The notes under the pieces were generated by a model. It did not search any database and was not told where the DNA came from. It was given only the letters and a program-made list of their open reading frames with translations. This document shows positions 1 to 10,649 of a DNA stretch of 64,000 nucleotides, piece after piece (the stretch's first letter is position 1; every line of letters begins with the position of its first letter). The DNA comes from an uncultured Thermoleophilia bacterium. GTDB taxonomy: Bacteria > Actinomycetota > Thermoleophilia > UBA2241. Position numbers and translations under genes: made by a program. Location of the stretch: assembly GCA_963715985.1 (NCBI GenBank), contig CAVQSP010000017.1:1-64000 (forward strand), in the 5' to 3' direction.

Positions 1-110
1 TGGTAGGCTCAACCGCGACGTCCAGCGGCGGTCCGACGCGCGCCGGCCCAGTGCGCGGTGCGCACCGGCCGGTCGCGCGACCTGAGGTCAGGTCGGACAG
101 GGAGAGACAG

Positions 111-1919
111 ATGCGATCCGAGAAGGCCGGGGGATCCGGCAGGCCCTCTGCGGCGGTCGCGGTCTCGCGAACGCTCGTGAGTCTGCGCGTCCCGGCCGCC
201 GCCCAGTGGGTCGCCGCCCTCACGTTCGCGGTCGCCGCCCTGGTGCTGCTCGCCGCGGCCGGCGCCGCGCACGCCACGCTGTGGGTCATCCCGGCCACCG
301 ATCGCGCCTTTCCCGGGACGCCGCCGGGCACCGCCCAGGCCATCGCCATCGAGGCCGCGCAGAACGAGTACGAGGGCGCGCAGGTCGTGCTCAGCGGCAA
401 CGGCGATCGTCTGGGTCTCGTTCACCTGGGGCGCCGGCAGCGATCCGCTGATCACCGGGAACACGGTCCTGCGTCAGGTCTACTACGTCAACGTGACGCA
501 GCCGACGACCGGTCTGCGTACCGGCCCCGGCCTGTATCCGGACCCACTGGTGCCCAAGGAGTTCGGGGCGCAGCTCCAGGTGCCCGCACAGACCACCTCG
601 TTCTACGTGCTGACTCACGTGCCGCCCGGCACACCGGCCGGTGACTACAGCGCCAGCCTCGTCGTGCAGGACGGTGTCGAGCTTCACGAGGTGCCGTTCA
701 CCCTGCACGTGTGGCGGTTCGGCTGGGCGCGGCTGACCACACGCACCGGCTTCTACGTGAACACCAACAATCTAGGGCGCAGCCTCGCCGGCTCCGGCCT
801 GGATTGGAACGACGCGGAGGCTCGCCGAAGGGTCGTGCTGGCGACGTACGGCATGCTGGCGCAGCACGGCATCAGCTCGCTCGCTCCCCTCGAGCAGCCG
901 ACGCCCGCGCCCGACGGGAGCTTCAACGCAGGCGCGTTCGCGTCTCCCTGGCGCCGTACCTCGACGCCGACGGCCTCGGTCTCACGGCCACGCGGACCCC
1001 GTGGGTCAAGTCCTGGCCGTGGAGCTTCGACAGCGCCTACAGCCCCTCGAGCCCGCAGCTCATGACGTACCTCACTGAGCTGTCCTCCGTGTACAAGCAG
1101 TACGGGTGGCAGGACAAAGCCTACGCCTACATCATGGACGAGACCACGAAGCAGGCCGACGAGAGGACGGCCGAGCTCTACACCCGCGTCCTTCACGCCG
1201 CCTCGGCCAGGGCCAGCTACCGCCTCGCCTTCCTGCTCACCGACGACCCGCGGCCCTTCGACCTCGGGGGCATCGAGCAGGCGAACACGTTCCTCTTCGA
1301 CGACGTCGACATCTGGGGCGTGCGGTACTTCTACTTCTTCGGGCGCGTCCCCGCCCTGCGTGCGGAACAGGCGAACGGCAAGCAGGTCTGGTGGTACCCC
1401 TACTACAACGGCCAGGTGGCCGAGCTCCCCAACTTCGTCATCGAGAAGCCCAACACCGATCAGCGGGTCTGGGGCTGGCTCATGGAGCAGTGGGACGTGG
1501 ACGGGCTGATCGACTGGGCGCTCAACCGCTGGGTGTCCGCGACGAGCCCTTCCACCTACCGCGACCCCTATCAGGAGCCTCTCACCTGGAGCACCGCGGC
1601 CCGCCAGGCCAACGGCGACAGCTCGCTGATCTATCCCGGCTACTATCCGGCCTACGGGCTCACCGACCCCTACGCGCCGCCGGTCTCGTCACTGCGCCTG
1701 GAGGCCCTGCGCGACGGTCTCGAAGACAGGGAGTACCTGCGCCTGGCCAAGCAACTGCCCGGGGGCGGCCAGGTGGCGGCCTGGGAGCTCGCGACGATCA
1801 CGCAGTTCCCGTACACGATCGAGCAGAAGAACGTCTTCCACTTTCCCACGTACTCGGACGACCCGCGGGCCTACGAGGAGGCGCGGTACACGCTGGCGCA
1901 GTTCATCGAGGCGCCGTAA
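111..1919 (+). CDS. Secreted DUF4091 / glycoside hydrolase family 123-like protein (split over three frames)
   Basis: GGAGAG RBS before ATG 111; hydrophobic signal peptide; N-terminal AAQNEYEGAQVVL; C-terminal NGDSSLIYPG...SSLRLEALRDGLEDREYL typical of DUF4091 proteins; stitched from ORFs 51-644, 493-1065, 711-1919. Confidence 0.7.
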
Positions 1920-3537
1920 TGTCGTTCGGCCCCCGCGCTGAAGGGCCGCCGCTAGTGGCCCTCCGGTCGTGCCACCTGCACCGCGTGCTCGTGCTGGCCG
2001 GCGCTCTGCTCGCCGCCTCGGCGGTCCTTGCCCCGGGCGCGCCGGCCGCTGCTGCCCGCACGCTTCCGGGGCCGCCGGCGCTGCTGGCGCTACAGGACGC
2101 CGAGCTCAGCGACGGCCAGCCGGCCCCCTACGAGGACTTCGGATGCGCGGTGGCGCTCGACGGCGACACCGCGCTCGTCGGCGCCGGCTACAAGACGATC
2201 GGCGCCCAGGCCTATGCCGGCGCCGTCTTCGTGTACGTCCGTTCAGGCACGGGCTGGTCGCTGCAGGCGGCCCTGATGGATCCGGGGGCCCTGGCCGGCG
2301 ACGGGTTCGGCGGCGCGGTCGCCCTCGACGGCGACACGGCTCTCATCGGCGTCGACAACAGGACGGTGGACGGGCAGGGCCACGCCGGCGCCGCATATGT
2401 GTACGTCCGCTCCGGCGGGATCTGGTCGCTGCAGGCGGAGCTGACCGCTGCTGCGCCTGCCGCAAACGATTGGTTCGGCTCGTCGATCGCCCTCGACGGC
2501 GACACCGCGCTCGTCGGCGCCGGGGGCAGGACGGTCGGCGGCCAGCACTACGCCAGCACCGCCTTCGTGTTCGCTCGTTCGGGCACGGGCTGGTCGCTGC
2601 AGGCGGAGCTGACCGCCGCCGGCGGGGCGGCCGGTGACGGGTTCGGCCACGCGGTAGCGCTGTCCGGGGAGACGGCACTTGTGGGCGCCGAGAACAGGAG
2701 CGTGGGCGGCGCCTCCGGCGCCGGCGCCGCGTCCGTGTTCGCCCGTTCGGGCGCCGGCTGGTGGCAGCAGGCCGAGCTCACCGCCCCCGATGCGGCGGCC
2801 CGCGCCGGGTTCGGCTCCTCGCTCGATCTCTCCGGCGACACGGCCCTGATCGGCGCCGGCGGCGCGCCGGCCGGCGGGCGGCTCAACGCCTGCGGCCTAC
2901 GTCTACGCGCGGAGCGGCACCACCTGGGCGCAGCAGGCCGAGCTCACGGACCCCGACGGGGCGGCCGGCGACTGGTTCGGCTCCTCGGTGGCGCTCTCCG
3001 GCGACAGGGCGCTGTCGGCGCCTGGGGCGCGACCGTCGGGGGCAAGAGCGAGGCCGGCGCCGCCTACGTCTTCGGGCGCGGCGGCACCGGCTGGATGCAG
3101 CTTGCCAGAGCCACAGCCTCGGACGCGGCCTACGGCGACAACCTGGGCACGTCACTGGACCTCGCCGGCGACACGGCGCTGGTGGGCGCTCCCGGTAAGA
3201 GGTCGGCGGGCAGCCTCTTGCCGGCGCCGCCTATGTGTTCAGTCTCGTCCCCGCTCCCTCGGTGAGCCTCACGGCGTTCCCGACCGCGACGAAGCGGGGC
3301 CGCCCTGTGACGTTGAGCGGTGTGGTCCGCAACGCGGTCGCCGACTCCCCGTCGTCGCCATCCGGCGCAGGGTAGGGGAGAGGCTGGTTCTGCTCAAGCA
3401 GCTGAGGCTTTCGAGCAGCGGCTCCTTCGCTTGGACCATGCCGGTCCCGAAGGCCGGCAAGCAGGTCATGGTCGCGACGTACTCGGCCGGAGGCGTGAGC
3501 TCCAGAGCGCGCCGGTGCCGTCATCGCGCGCAAGTAG
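1919..3537 (+). CDS. FG-GAP repeat (beta-propeller) surface protein, frameshifted; end approximate
   Basis: ATG overlaps upstream TAA; signal peptide; about 7 repeats of FGxxVALDGDTALVGA...GAAYVY/F...W.LQAEL. Confidence 0.8.
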
Positions 3538-3625
3538 GGAGCGCGTGCGAGTCCGCCGCGAGGACCGGTTCGCGCTCCCTTCCCTCGGGCAGACTGGAAG
3601 GGAGGCGTAACGACGGGAGGCCGCG

Positions 3626-3856
3626 ATGACGGGTTCGGATCCCCAGCACATCAAGCCGGAGGATGCGGGCACCGAGTCACGCGAAGCCAGGTCCGCTTAC
3701 ACCGGCGGGGGTCAGTTCCAGCCCTACCTGTCAGCGTCCCGATTCGGCTCCGCCAACGAGGGGTCGCGTCGCCGCAAGCGGCCCTGGGTCTGGGCGTTGG
3801 CCTGGTTCATCGGCCTCGTTGTCGTGATCGCGGTCCTCATCCTGATCCTGCGCTGA
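3626..3856 (+). CDS. Small membrane-anchored hypothetical protein
   Basis: GGAGG RBS, ATG 3626, basic patch then C-terminal hydrophobic helix. Confidence 0.55.
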   Translation: MTGSDPQHIKPEDAGTESREARSAYTGGGQFQPYLSASRFGSANEGSRRRKRPWVWALAWFIGLVVVIAVLILILR

Positions 3857-3963
3857 GCCGGCATCACGGGCAGTGCGCCGACGCGACGCAGCGGAGCCTG
3901 GGGACATCCAGGCGCTTGTCCCGTCGCCTCGTCCGCTGGGGATGGACCGATGAAGGGAGCATC

Positions 3964-4237
3964 ATGACGCGCATGCTCATCTGGTCCGCCGTGGGAGTCG
4001 CTCTGCTCGCCGCCGTCGTGATCGCCCTCGCCCTTGCCCCGAAGGTGGCGGTCCTGTTCATCGTCGCTGTGGGCATCCTCGCCCTTGTCATCCGCGTGGC
4101 TCTCTGGATCGGTCGGCGAGGCTCTTCGGACGGTGAGTCTAACGCGACCGGCGACGACCGTCGAGCGTGGCGAAGCGATGCAGACCTTCCAGCGCGACAA
4201 AGCTCGTCACACGGGCCCTGGACCCTGGGGATCCTGA
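3964..4237 (+). CDS. Small two-TM hypothetical protein (3' end uncertain)
   Basis: AAGGGAG RBS, ATG 3964, two hydrophobic helices; the long ORF running through the tRNA is probably a frameshift artefact. Confidence 0.45.
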
Positions 4238-4452
4238 CCCGGCTCGACACGCTGCCCGCAGGAGGGGTCCTGCGTCGCGGATGCGGTCTCTTCGGAGCGT
4301 GCTGCCCTGAATCCCGCGTCGATCTGCGTCCCCACGGCTTCGCCCCTGCCCGCCACCATGCCCATCTGCAGCCCCTCCGCAACCCGGATCTCCGTGACTC
4401 GAAAGGGCCGGCGGGGCTTTCCGGTCTTCCACGCTCTCCTAATGCCCTTCGT

Positions 4453-4528
4453 GGGCCGCCGGCTCAGTTGGGAGAGCGTCGCCGGTGCACGGCGGAGGTC
4501 AGGGGCTCGAATCCGCTGCGGTCCACCA
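4453..4528 (+). tRNA. tRNA-Ala(TGC), full length but degenerate (possible pseudo-tRNA)
   Basis: 76-nt cloverleaf: acceptor GGGCCGC/GCGGTCC with G3:U70 Ala determinant, D arm GCTC-AGTTGGGA-GAGC, anticodon TGC, encoded CCA; non-canonical C8, G33, C54 and a G:G mismatch in the T stem. Confidence 0.85.
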
Positions 4529-4555
4529 AGCCCACTGCACCCGCCGATGCCGGCC

Positions 4556-5460
4556 CTACCCGGTGCTCGCGAACGAGCCGGACACCCACTCCCGCGACAG
4601 GTCGACGGCGAGTCGCTGCAGGGTCGTCCACGCCTCCGGCCCCTGCTCCGCCTCTGACAGGCGCACGCCGACCAGGCGGAAGTCGCTGCGCAGGTCGCGC
4701 AGGACGTCCGACGCCTTGACGTTCCGCGCCCTCGCCGGCATCGTTTCGGTTCCGCGAAGGCCCGCCATAGATCTTCCAGGGTGCGAAAGACGCTGCTCCA
4801 CGCGGGATAGGAGCTCGGCAGGCCGCCCGGCAGGGCCGTGAGCCACCCGGCGTCTGAGGAGGCCGTAGAGCCGCTGGTTCCGCAGTGCATGGATCTCCAG
4901 GAGACCGGCCATGCGCAAGGCCTCCAGGGCCTCCGCGATGTTGCGCTTGGTGTAGCCCGCATCGGCCGCTATGTCGGCAGCCGAGAGTCGCGCCGACGGA
5001 TCGGCGAGAAAGGCGCGCACGACCTCGGCGCGCGCCCCCACGCCGAACAGGGCGCGCAGACGCATCACGATGAGGGACGGGGGCGCTGAAGTCGGCGACG
5101 GCGGAGCGCCTCGTGCGCTGGAAAGGGACGGGCCTGAGTCGCGCCGGGCCAGCGCAGGCCCGAGTTGGCGTTGACCGTCGCCGCCGTCTGGCCGAATGCA
5201 GCCTGTGCCTCCGGCGTCTCGGCAGCGAGCAGGTTCCTCAATCGGGTCACCGACACGTAGCGTCCGTAGGTGATGCACCAATCGGTCGCTTCGTCGCGCA
5301 GGCGAGGGTCGGTGTCGCCGAGGGACGCGGTGAAGAGGATCAGGCGCTCGGGGTCGATGACGTGCGAGGAGTGACAGCGCTGCCAGCCCGAGACGCCCAG
5401 CTCGGCCCACAGGCTCCATGCGAGAGCCTGTGGCGTCTCGGTGAGTTGCTCGCTAGTGTC
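4556..5460 (-). CDS. Winged-HTH-containing protein, putative antitoxin/regulator (frameshifted)
   Basis: Stitched: LAWSLWAELGVSGW...IDPERLIL...DPRLRDEATDWC...LRALFGVGARAEVVRAFL...LSAADIAADAGYTKRNIAEALEAL (HTH). Confidence 0.65.
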
Positions 5461-6033
5461 GGCGCCGCTGACCTCCACGCCGAGCATGATGAGGGTCGCC
5501 ACGGGCTCGTCACGGTAGCCATCTGAGGGGTCGTGTGTGCGGCTCCAGCGAGCCGCGGTCAGGAGTTCCTCTCGTGTCGGCTTCAGCCTCCGCAAGTCTG
5601 CCGAGTGCTTGCTCCCCGGGTCCCTGATCGACCCCGGCGTACAGCTTGAAGCAGACCTGGTCCAGGCGTCCCGCTAGCATGCACTGTCAGGCTCCCATAC
5701 CGTCTGCGCTCGACGCGCCCCTCGAAGCCCTCGGGCAGGCCGAAGCGGAGGAGCTCGGCGGGCCCGGATTGAGCCAGTCATCCGAGAGCCCCACGGTCCG
5801 GGCGACGCTCACGACCGCGTCCATGAGGGGAGGCGGGAGAGGGTCGGCGGAGATGTAGCCGCCGTCTTCCACAAGTGCGAGTGCATAGAGGTCTCTCGTG
5901 GGGCGGCTCACCAGCCCCATAGCATGAGGGCGCTGCCGCCGATGGCGACGATCTCATACGTCAGTCCACGAGCCTCAAGGACCTCCCCCAAGGTCTTGAG
6001 AGCCTCGTCCAGCAGTTGTCCATCCATGTCCAT
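5450..6033 (-). CDS. DUF6036-like nucleotidyltransferase (putative type IV TA toxin), frameshifted
   Basis: Manual translation MDMDGQLLDEALKTLGEVLEARGLTYEIVAIGGSALML-GLVSRPTRDL...DDWLNPGP...KLYA: GG-S/A plus RxTxDxD-type NTase motifs (second Asp reads Tyr here). Confidence 0.7.
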
Positions 6034-6049
6034 GTGAACATGTTACATG
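6031..6049. promoter_or_regulatory. Imperfect palindrome overlapping the NTase start, candidate autoregulatory operator
   Basis: CATGTGAACATGTTACATG versus its reverse complement CATGTAACATGTTCACATG. Confidence 0.4.
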
Positions 6050-6134
6050 CTCGATACGCGAAAGCAACATGGAAATCTCGACGAGGTATCCTAAGTCGAT
6101 CGCGCCGTGGGCAGACGCGAGGTCCTGCGACCCC

Positions 6135-6168
6135 GAGGTCAGGGGTTCGACTCCCCTGCGGTCCACCA
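6135..6168 (+). repeat. tRNA-Ala 3' fragment (att-like direct repeat, copy B)
   Basis: GAGGTCAGGGGTTCGACTCCCCTGCGGTCCACCA matches the 3' end of 4453-4528 and has an intact T arm. Confidence 0.85.
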
Positions 6169-6419
6169 ACGTTGTCGTAATGACAACGTTTCTCCTGTAA
6201 ATGAACCACTTCTGGTGTCCGGTCGCCCACCCCATCGCTCTCGCGCCTCTCTACGCCTCTTCCGTGAGCGCGAGACCGCACATACTGCAGCAGGGGAGAC
6301 CCAGGATCGTCTGGCCGTACCGCGCAGGTTCGAGCTTGGTCTAGGTTGGGCCCGCCGGCGGCGTTGTCAGCGTCGTACGGCATGACCAAGCGCCGCGACG
6401 CGCTGGGAACGGGCATGCG

Positions 6420-6936
6420 AGCTTCGCCTCGCCTCTACGATTTCGTCGACGACAATCCGTTGATCAGCATGTTTCCGGTGAGCTACACGGACAAGCCCTC
6501 CGTCATCGCTCAAAACGACAACGTGGTCTCCATCAACTCGGCGCTGCAGGTAGACCTGATGGGACAGGTCGTGGCCGACACCATGGGCCCCGGCAGTACA
6601 CCGGCGTCGGCGGTCAGCGTCGACTTCGTCCGCGTTGCCGCGGCCAGCAAGGGTGGACGCGCGATCATCGCTCTGCCGTCGACCGCGAAGAACGGTGCGG
6701 TCAGCCGGATCGTCACCAAGATGAGTGATGGCGCTGCGGTCACCACCATGCGCGCCGACATCGACTACGTGGTCACGGAGCAAGGCGTGGCGCATCTCAA
6801 GGGCAAGACCTTGCGGGAGCGTCGCCGCGAGCTGCTCGCCATCGCCCAGCCCGAGTTCCGGGGTCTCATCGAGGATGACTACGGCGCACTCTGCTGCGCA
6901 GCCACGGCTCCGTCTCCGGCGTCGGCCGGTGGATGA
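6420..6936 (+). pseudogene. Acetyl-CoA hydrolase/4-hydroxybutyrate CoA-transferase C-terminal fragment
   Basis: LYDFVDDNP...SINSALQVDLMGQV...DFVR...GGRAIIALPST...DYVVTEQGVAHLKGKTLRER; N-terminal half absent. Confidence 0.75.
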
Positions 6937-7206
6937 AGCGGGTATCACCCCGGCGTGGTATTCACGTGAGCTCTGCGCCACCCTGCTCGCTGGGCTACGT
7001 GACGCTCGAAGAGTAGGCCGCCCACGGCCAGCGCTGCTGCTGCGGGCGAATCGCCTGTCACGCACATGTGAAACGGCAGTGAGAGCTGGCGTCACACATT
7101 GGACATTGCGGTCGCTTCTGCTGTCGTCGAGTCTTAGACCGGTGAGAGCGAGCATCACTCTTGCCCGTGTCTGCCTGACGGCCACTGCTCTCCAGGAGGA
7201 CGGACA

Positions 7207-8558
7207 CTGACGGCGATCGCATTCCGCGATCTGGACCGGCTGACCGGTCATGGCCGCTGCGAACTACGTCGCGATGCGCTGGCGATCGCCGCCGCGGGCG
7301 TTGCTGCGGCCGATCCGGCGGCGGCGTTCGTGCGCTCGGTCACCCTCGATGGCAACGTCTTGAGGGCCGGCCGCGAGGCCTTCGATCTCTCAGGCCGCGA
7401 TGTGTTCGTGGTCGGGGCGGGAAAAGCGACGATCGGCATCGCCGCCGCGCTCGATGGACTGCTCGGCTCGCGCATCCGCGACGGGGCGGTGGCGGTCAAG
7501 CACGGACAGGCTCGGCCGCTGGACCACATCGAGGTCCTCGAAGCCGCGCACCCCGTGCCCGACGAGGGGAGCGCTGCCGCTGGAGACCGGCTCCTGGCCA
7601 TCGCCAGGATGGCCCGGCCCGGCGATCTGCTGATCGCCATCTTCACCGGCGGCAGTTCGGCTCTCGCGGTGGCGCCGGCCGAGGGGCTCACCTTGGCCGA
7701 CAAAGTCGCCACCGGCCAGGTGCTCCTCGCCTCCGGCGCCGACATCGTCAGCATGAACAACGTACGCAAGCACCTGTCGCGGCTGAAGGGAGGGCGACTA
7801 GGCGCGGCTTGCCGCTGCACCATCCTCAACTTCAGCGTCTCAGACGTGGTCGGAGACCCGCCGCACGTCTTCACGAATCCGACGGTCCCCGACCCATCCA
7901 CTTTCGCCGACGCGCAGGAGGCGTGCGACCGCTTCGGCCTTTGGGATGAGCTGCCTTCGCCGGTCGCGGCGCATCTGCGTCGTGCGGACCCGGCGGCCGA
8001 GACGGTGCGGGAACTCGCCGATGTGCACACCCACGTGCTCGCGACTTCGGCCACGATGTGTTCGGCAGCGCTCGCCGCTGCTTCGAGCTCGGCTACGCAC
8101 CGGAGCTGTTGACGCTGGAGCTCGAGGGCGACAGCGCCGCGGCGGGGCGGCTGCTCGCGCGCTCGGCTCACGCGCTCGGACCCGGCTGCGCTCTCGTCGC
8201 AGGCGGCGAGACCGTCGTCGCGCTCGGATCGGCGCCGCACGGCCTCGGCGGTCCGAGCCAGGAGGCCGCGGTGGCCGCCGCCATCGAGCTCGCCGGCGGT
8301 GGCCCGGCCTGTGCTTTGTGCCTCGACTCGGACGGCAGCGACGGCCCCACCGATGCCGCGGGCGGAATCGTTGACGACTTGACGGTCGCCGAGCTGGCCG
8401 CTCAGGGCGTCGACCCCATGAGCGCTCTTGCGGGACACGCCGCCTACGACCTGCTCGCGGCTACCGGCAACCTCCTGGTGACGGGCCCCACCGGCACCAA
8501 CGTCAACGACCTGCGCCTCGTACTCACCGGCCGCTCGGAGCGGTCGGGAAGGGCGTAG
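7207..8558 (+). CDS. Glycerate 2-kinase / hydroxypyruvate reductase (DUF4147+MOFRL, TtuD-like), frameshifted
   Basis: GGAGGA RBS; GAGKA, AAHPVPD, TGGSSAL, NNVRKHLSRLKGG, SDVVGD, GGETVV, SDGSDGPTDAAGG, TGPTGTNVND motifs. Confidence 0.85.
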
Positions 8559-8661
8559 ACTCCGGCCGGGCGATCCTCGGTAGTGTCCCGGGGCACCTTG
8601 CCAGAGGAATGCGGGCTTGCTCAGGCGTCCATCGGGGACGCCTCTGAACGTGGAGACGAAC

Positions 8662-9646
8662 ATGTTCGACGGCTTCGAGATCAGCGATGATCGAGACGAG
8701 CACCGGGGTGATACGGGCCCGCTCTGCGGGCGACGGCCCTCCGCTCTTGCTCTTGCACGGCCATCCCGAGACGCACGTCATGTGGCACAAGGTCGCCCCG
8801 CTGCTGGCTCGGGAGTTCACCGTCGTCGCCAGCGACCTGACCGGCTACGGGCAGAGCTGCAAGCCCGAGGCGGCTGCCGACCACAGCCCCTACACCAAAC
8901 GGGCGATGGCCACGACGCAGATCGAGGTCATGCGGAGTCTGGGCCACGAGCAGTTCTTTGTGGTCGGCCACGATCGCGGGGCGCGCGTCGGGTATCGCAT
9001 GGCCCTAGACCACCCAGAGCGAGTGCGGAAGCTCGCGGTGCTTGACATCGTGCCGACCAGCGAGGCCTTCGATCGCGCGGACCACGCCTTCGGGATGGCG
9101 TACTGGCACTGGTTCTTCCTGTCCCAGCCGTACCCGTTCCCGGAGCGGGTGCTGGAGGCCGATCCGCGTGCCTTCTACGCCCGGCTGATGGCCGACTACA
9201 TCTCAGACGAAGCGCGGGCGGACTACTTCGAGGCGCTGGAAGACCCCGCCACGATCCACGCGATCTGCGAGGACTACCGCGCGGCCGAGACGACGGACTG
9301 CGCGTTGGACCACGCCGATCGCGGAAAGCGGTCGATCAGCTGCCCGCTCCTGGTCCTCTGGGGTGAACGAGGTCACCTGGAGTCACTGTACGACGTGCTG
9401 GCCATCTGGAACGACTGGGCCGACGATGTGCGCGGGCGGGCGCTGCCCTGCGGGCATCATCTGCCGGAAGAAGCGCCCGACGAGACCTATGGCGCTCTCT
9501 CGTCCTTCTTCGCGAGCCTGAGGTTCAGCGGACCGTCAACTCGTCCAGCGCATCGCGGTCGAGCTCGAGTCCGAGTCCTGGACCGGCTGGGACGTCGACG
9601 AGCCCATCATGCGCCACGGGATAGCCGCCGACGAAGATCTCCCTGA
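8662..9646 (+). CDS. Haloacetate (fluoroacetate) dehalogenase-like alpha/beta hydrolase
   Basis: LLHGHPETH, GHDRGAR, LDIVPT, YWHWFF, CEDYRA, GHHLPEE motifs; early frameshift; true stop probably near 9530. Confidence 0.8.
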
Positions 9647-10649
9647 GCGGATTGGACACGATCATGTACTCGATGGGGCTGAGCGTGGGCGAGGCTGCAC
9701 CGATGTGAAGGGCCGCCAGCTGGGACACACCGCCCGACAGCCCGGTGTGCGGAGCCAGGGCGAGATTCGCGGCGTAGGTCAGGGTCGACGCCTGCCATGC
9801 ACCCGTGATGCCTCCGCAGCGACCCACATCAGGCTGGATGACGTCGATGAGCCGGCGTTCGATGAGTTCGCGGAAGCCGAAGACCGAGAACACCGTCTCG
9901 CCGGCGGCGAGCGGGACCGAGGTCGCCGCATGCACACGCTCGTAGCCTGCAAGATCGTCCGGCGGGACGGGCTCCTCGAAGAACCCGACGTCGCAGTCTT
10001 CCAGCCCGCGGGCCACGCGGATGGCCGATGCGGCGTCGTAGGCGCCGTTCGCGTCCACATACAGGTCGACGTCCGGTCCGACCGCGTCGCGCACGGCCGC
10101 GACGGCCCGGACATCGGCCCTCATGCCGCCTTGCTCCTGACGGCGACCGATCTTCATCTTGAGCGCAGTGAAGCCGCGAGCCACTTGCTCCCTCGCCTGC
10201 GTCCGGACGGCCTCGTCATCCGCCATGGCCAGCGCTGAGGCATAACACGGCAGTTGTCGCCGCCCCTCGCCGTAGAGCAGCTCCCAGATCGGCTTGCCTT
10301 CGTGTCTGCCCACGAGATCCCAGAGGGCCGTGTCGACGCCGCTGACGGCCTCCATCACGACCCCTGTGCTGTGGCCCCAGCGACGCAGGCGGTCGATCAT
10401 GGCCACCCAGTGATGCCCTATCTTCCGCGGGTCCTCGCCGATCACGACGGGTGCGAGCAGTGATTCCACTGCCGCCCTTGCCATCTCCGGGGCGCGGCGC
10501 ACGATGGCCTCACCGTAGCCGATGAGGCCGTCGTCGGACTCCACCTCGACCAGTACACAGGAGTACGCGGAGAAGTCGGCGATCGAGAAGGCGAATGCGC
10601 CGCCGACATCGGCCGAGAGCACGCGCGCACGCACCTTGGCTATCCTCAC
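9525..10649 (-). CDS. Mandelate racemase/muconate lactonizing enzyme family protein
   Basis: SGVDTALWDL, KMKIG, VDANGAY, FEEP, AAGE, QPDVGRCGGIT, GPGLG; GTG start overlaps the PucR stop. Confidence 0.9.
   Translation of the reverse strand: MRIAKVRARVLSADVGGAFAFSIADFSAYSCVLVEVESDDGLIGYGEAIVRRAPEMARAAVESLLAPVVIGEDPRKIGHHWVAMIDRLRRWGHSTGVVMEAVSGVDTALWDLVGRHEGKPIWELLYGEGRRQLPCYASALAMADDEAVRTQAREQVARGFTALKMKIGRRQEQGGMRADVRAVAAVRDAVGPDVDLYVDANGAYDAASAIRVARGLEDCDVGFFEEPVPPDDLAGYERVHAATSVPLAAGETVFSVFGFRELIERRLIDVIQPDVGRCGGITGAWQASTLTYAANLALAPHTGLSGGVSQLAALHIGAASPTLSPIEYMIVSNPLREIFVGGYPVAHDGLVDVPAGPGLGLELDRDALDELTVR

Noticed and set aside
2130-3200. Repeats of ~165 bp period as a non-coding array
   Set aside because: They are FG-GAP protein repeats
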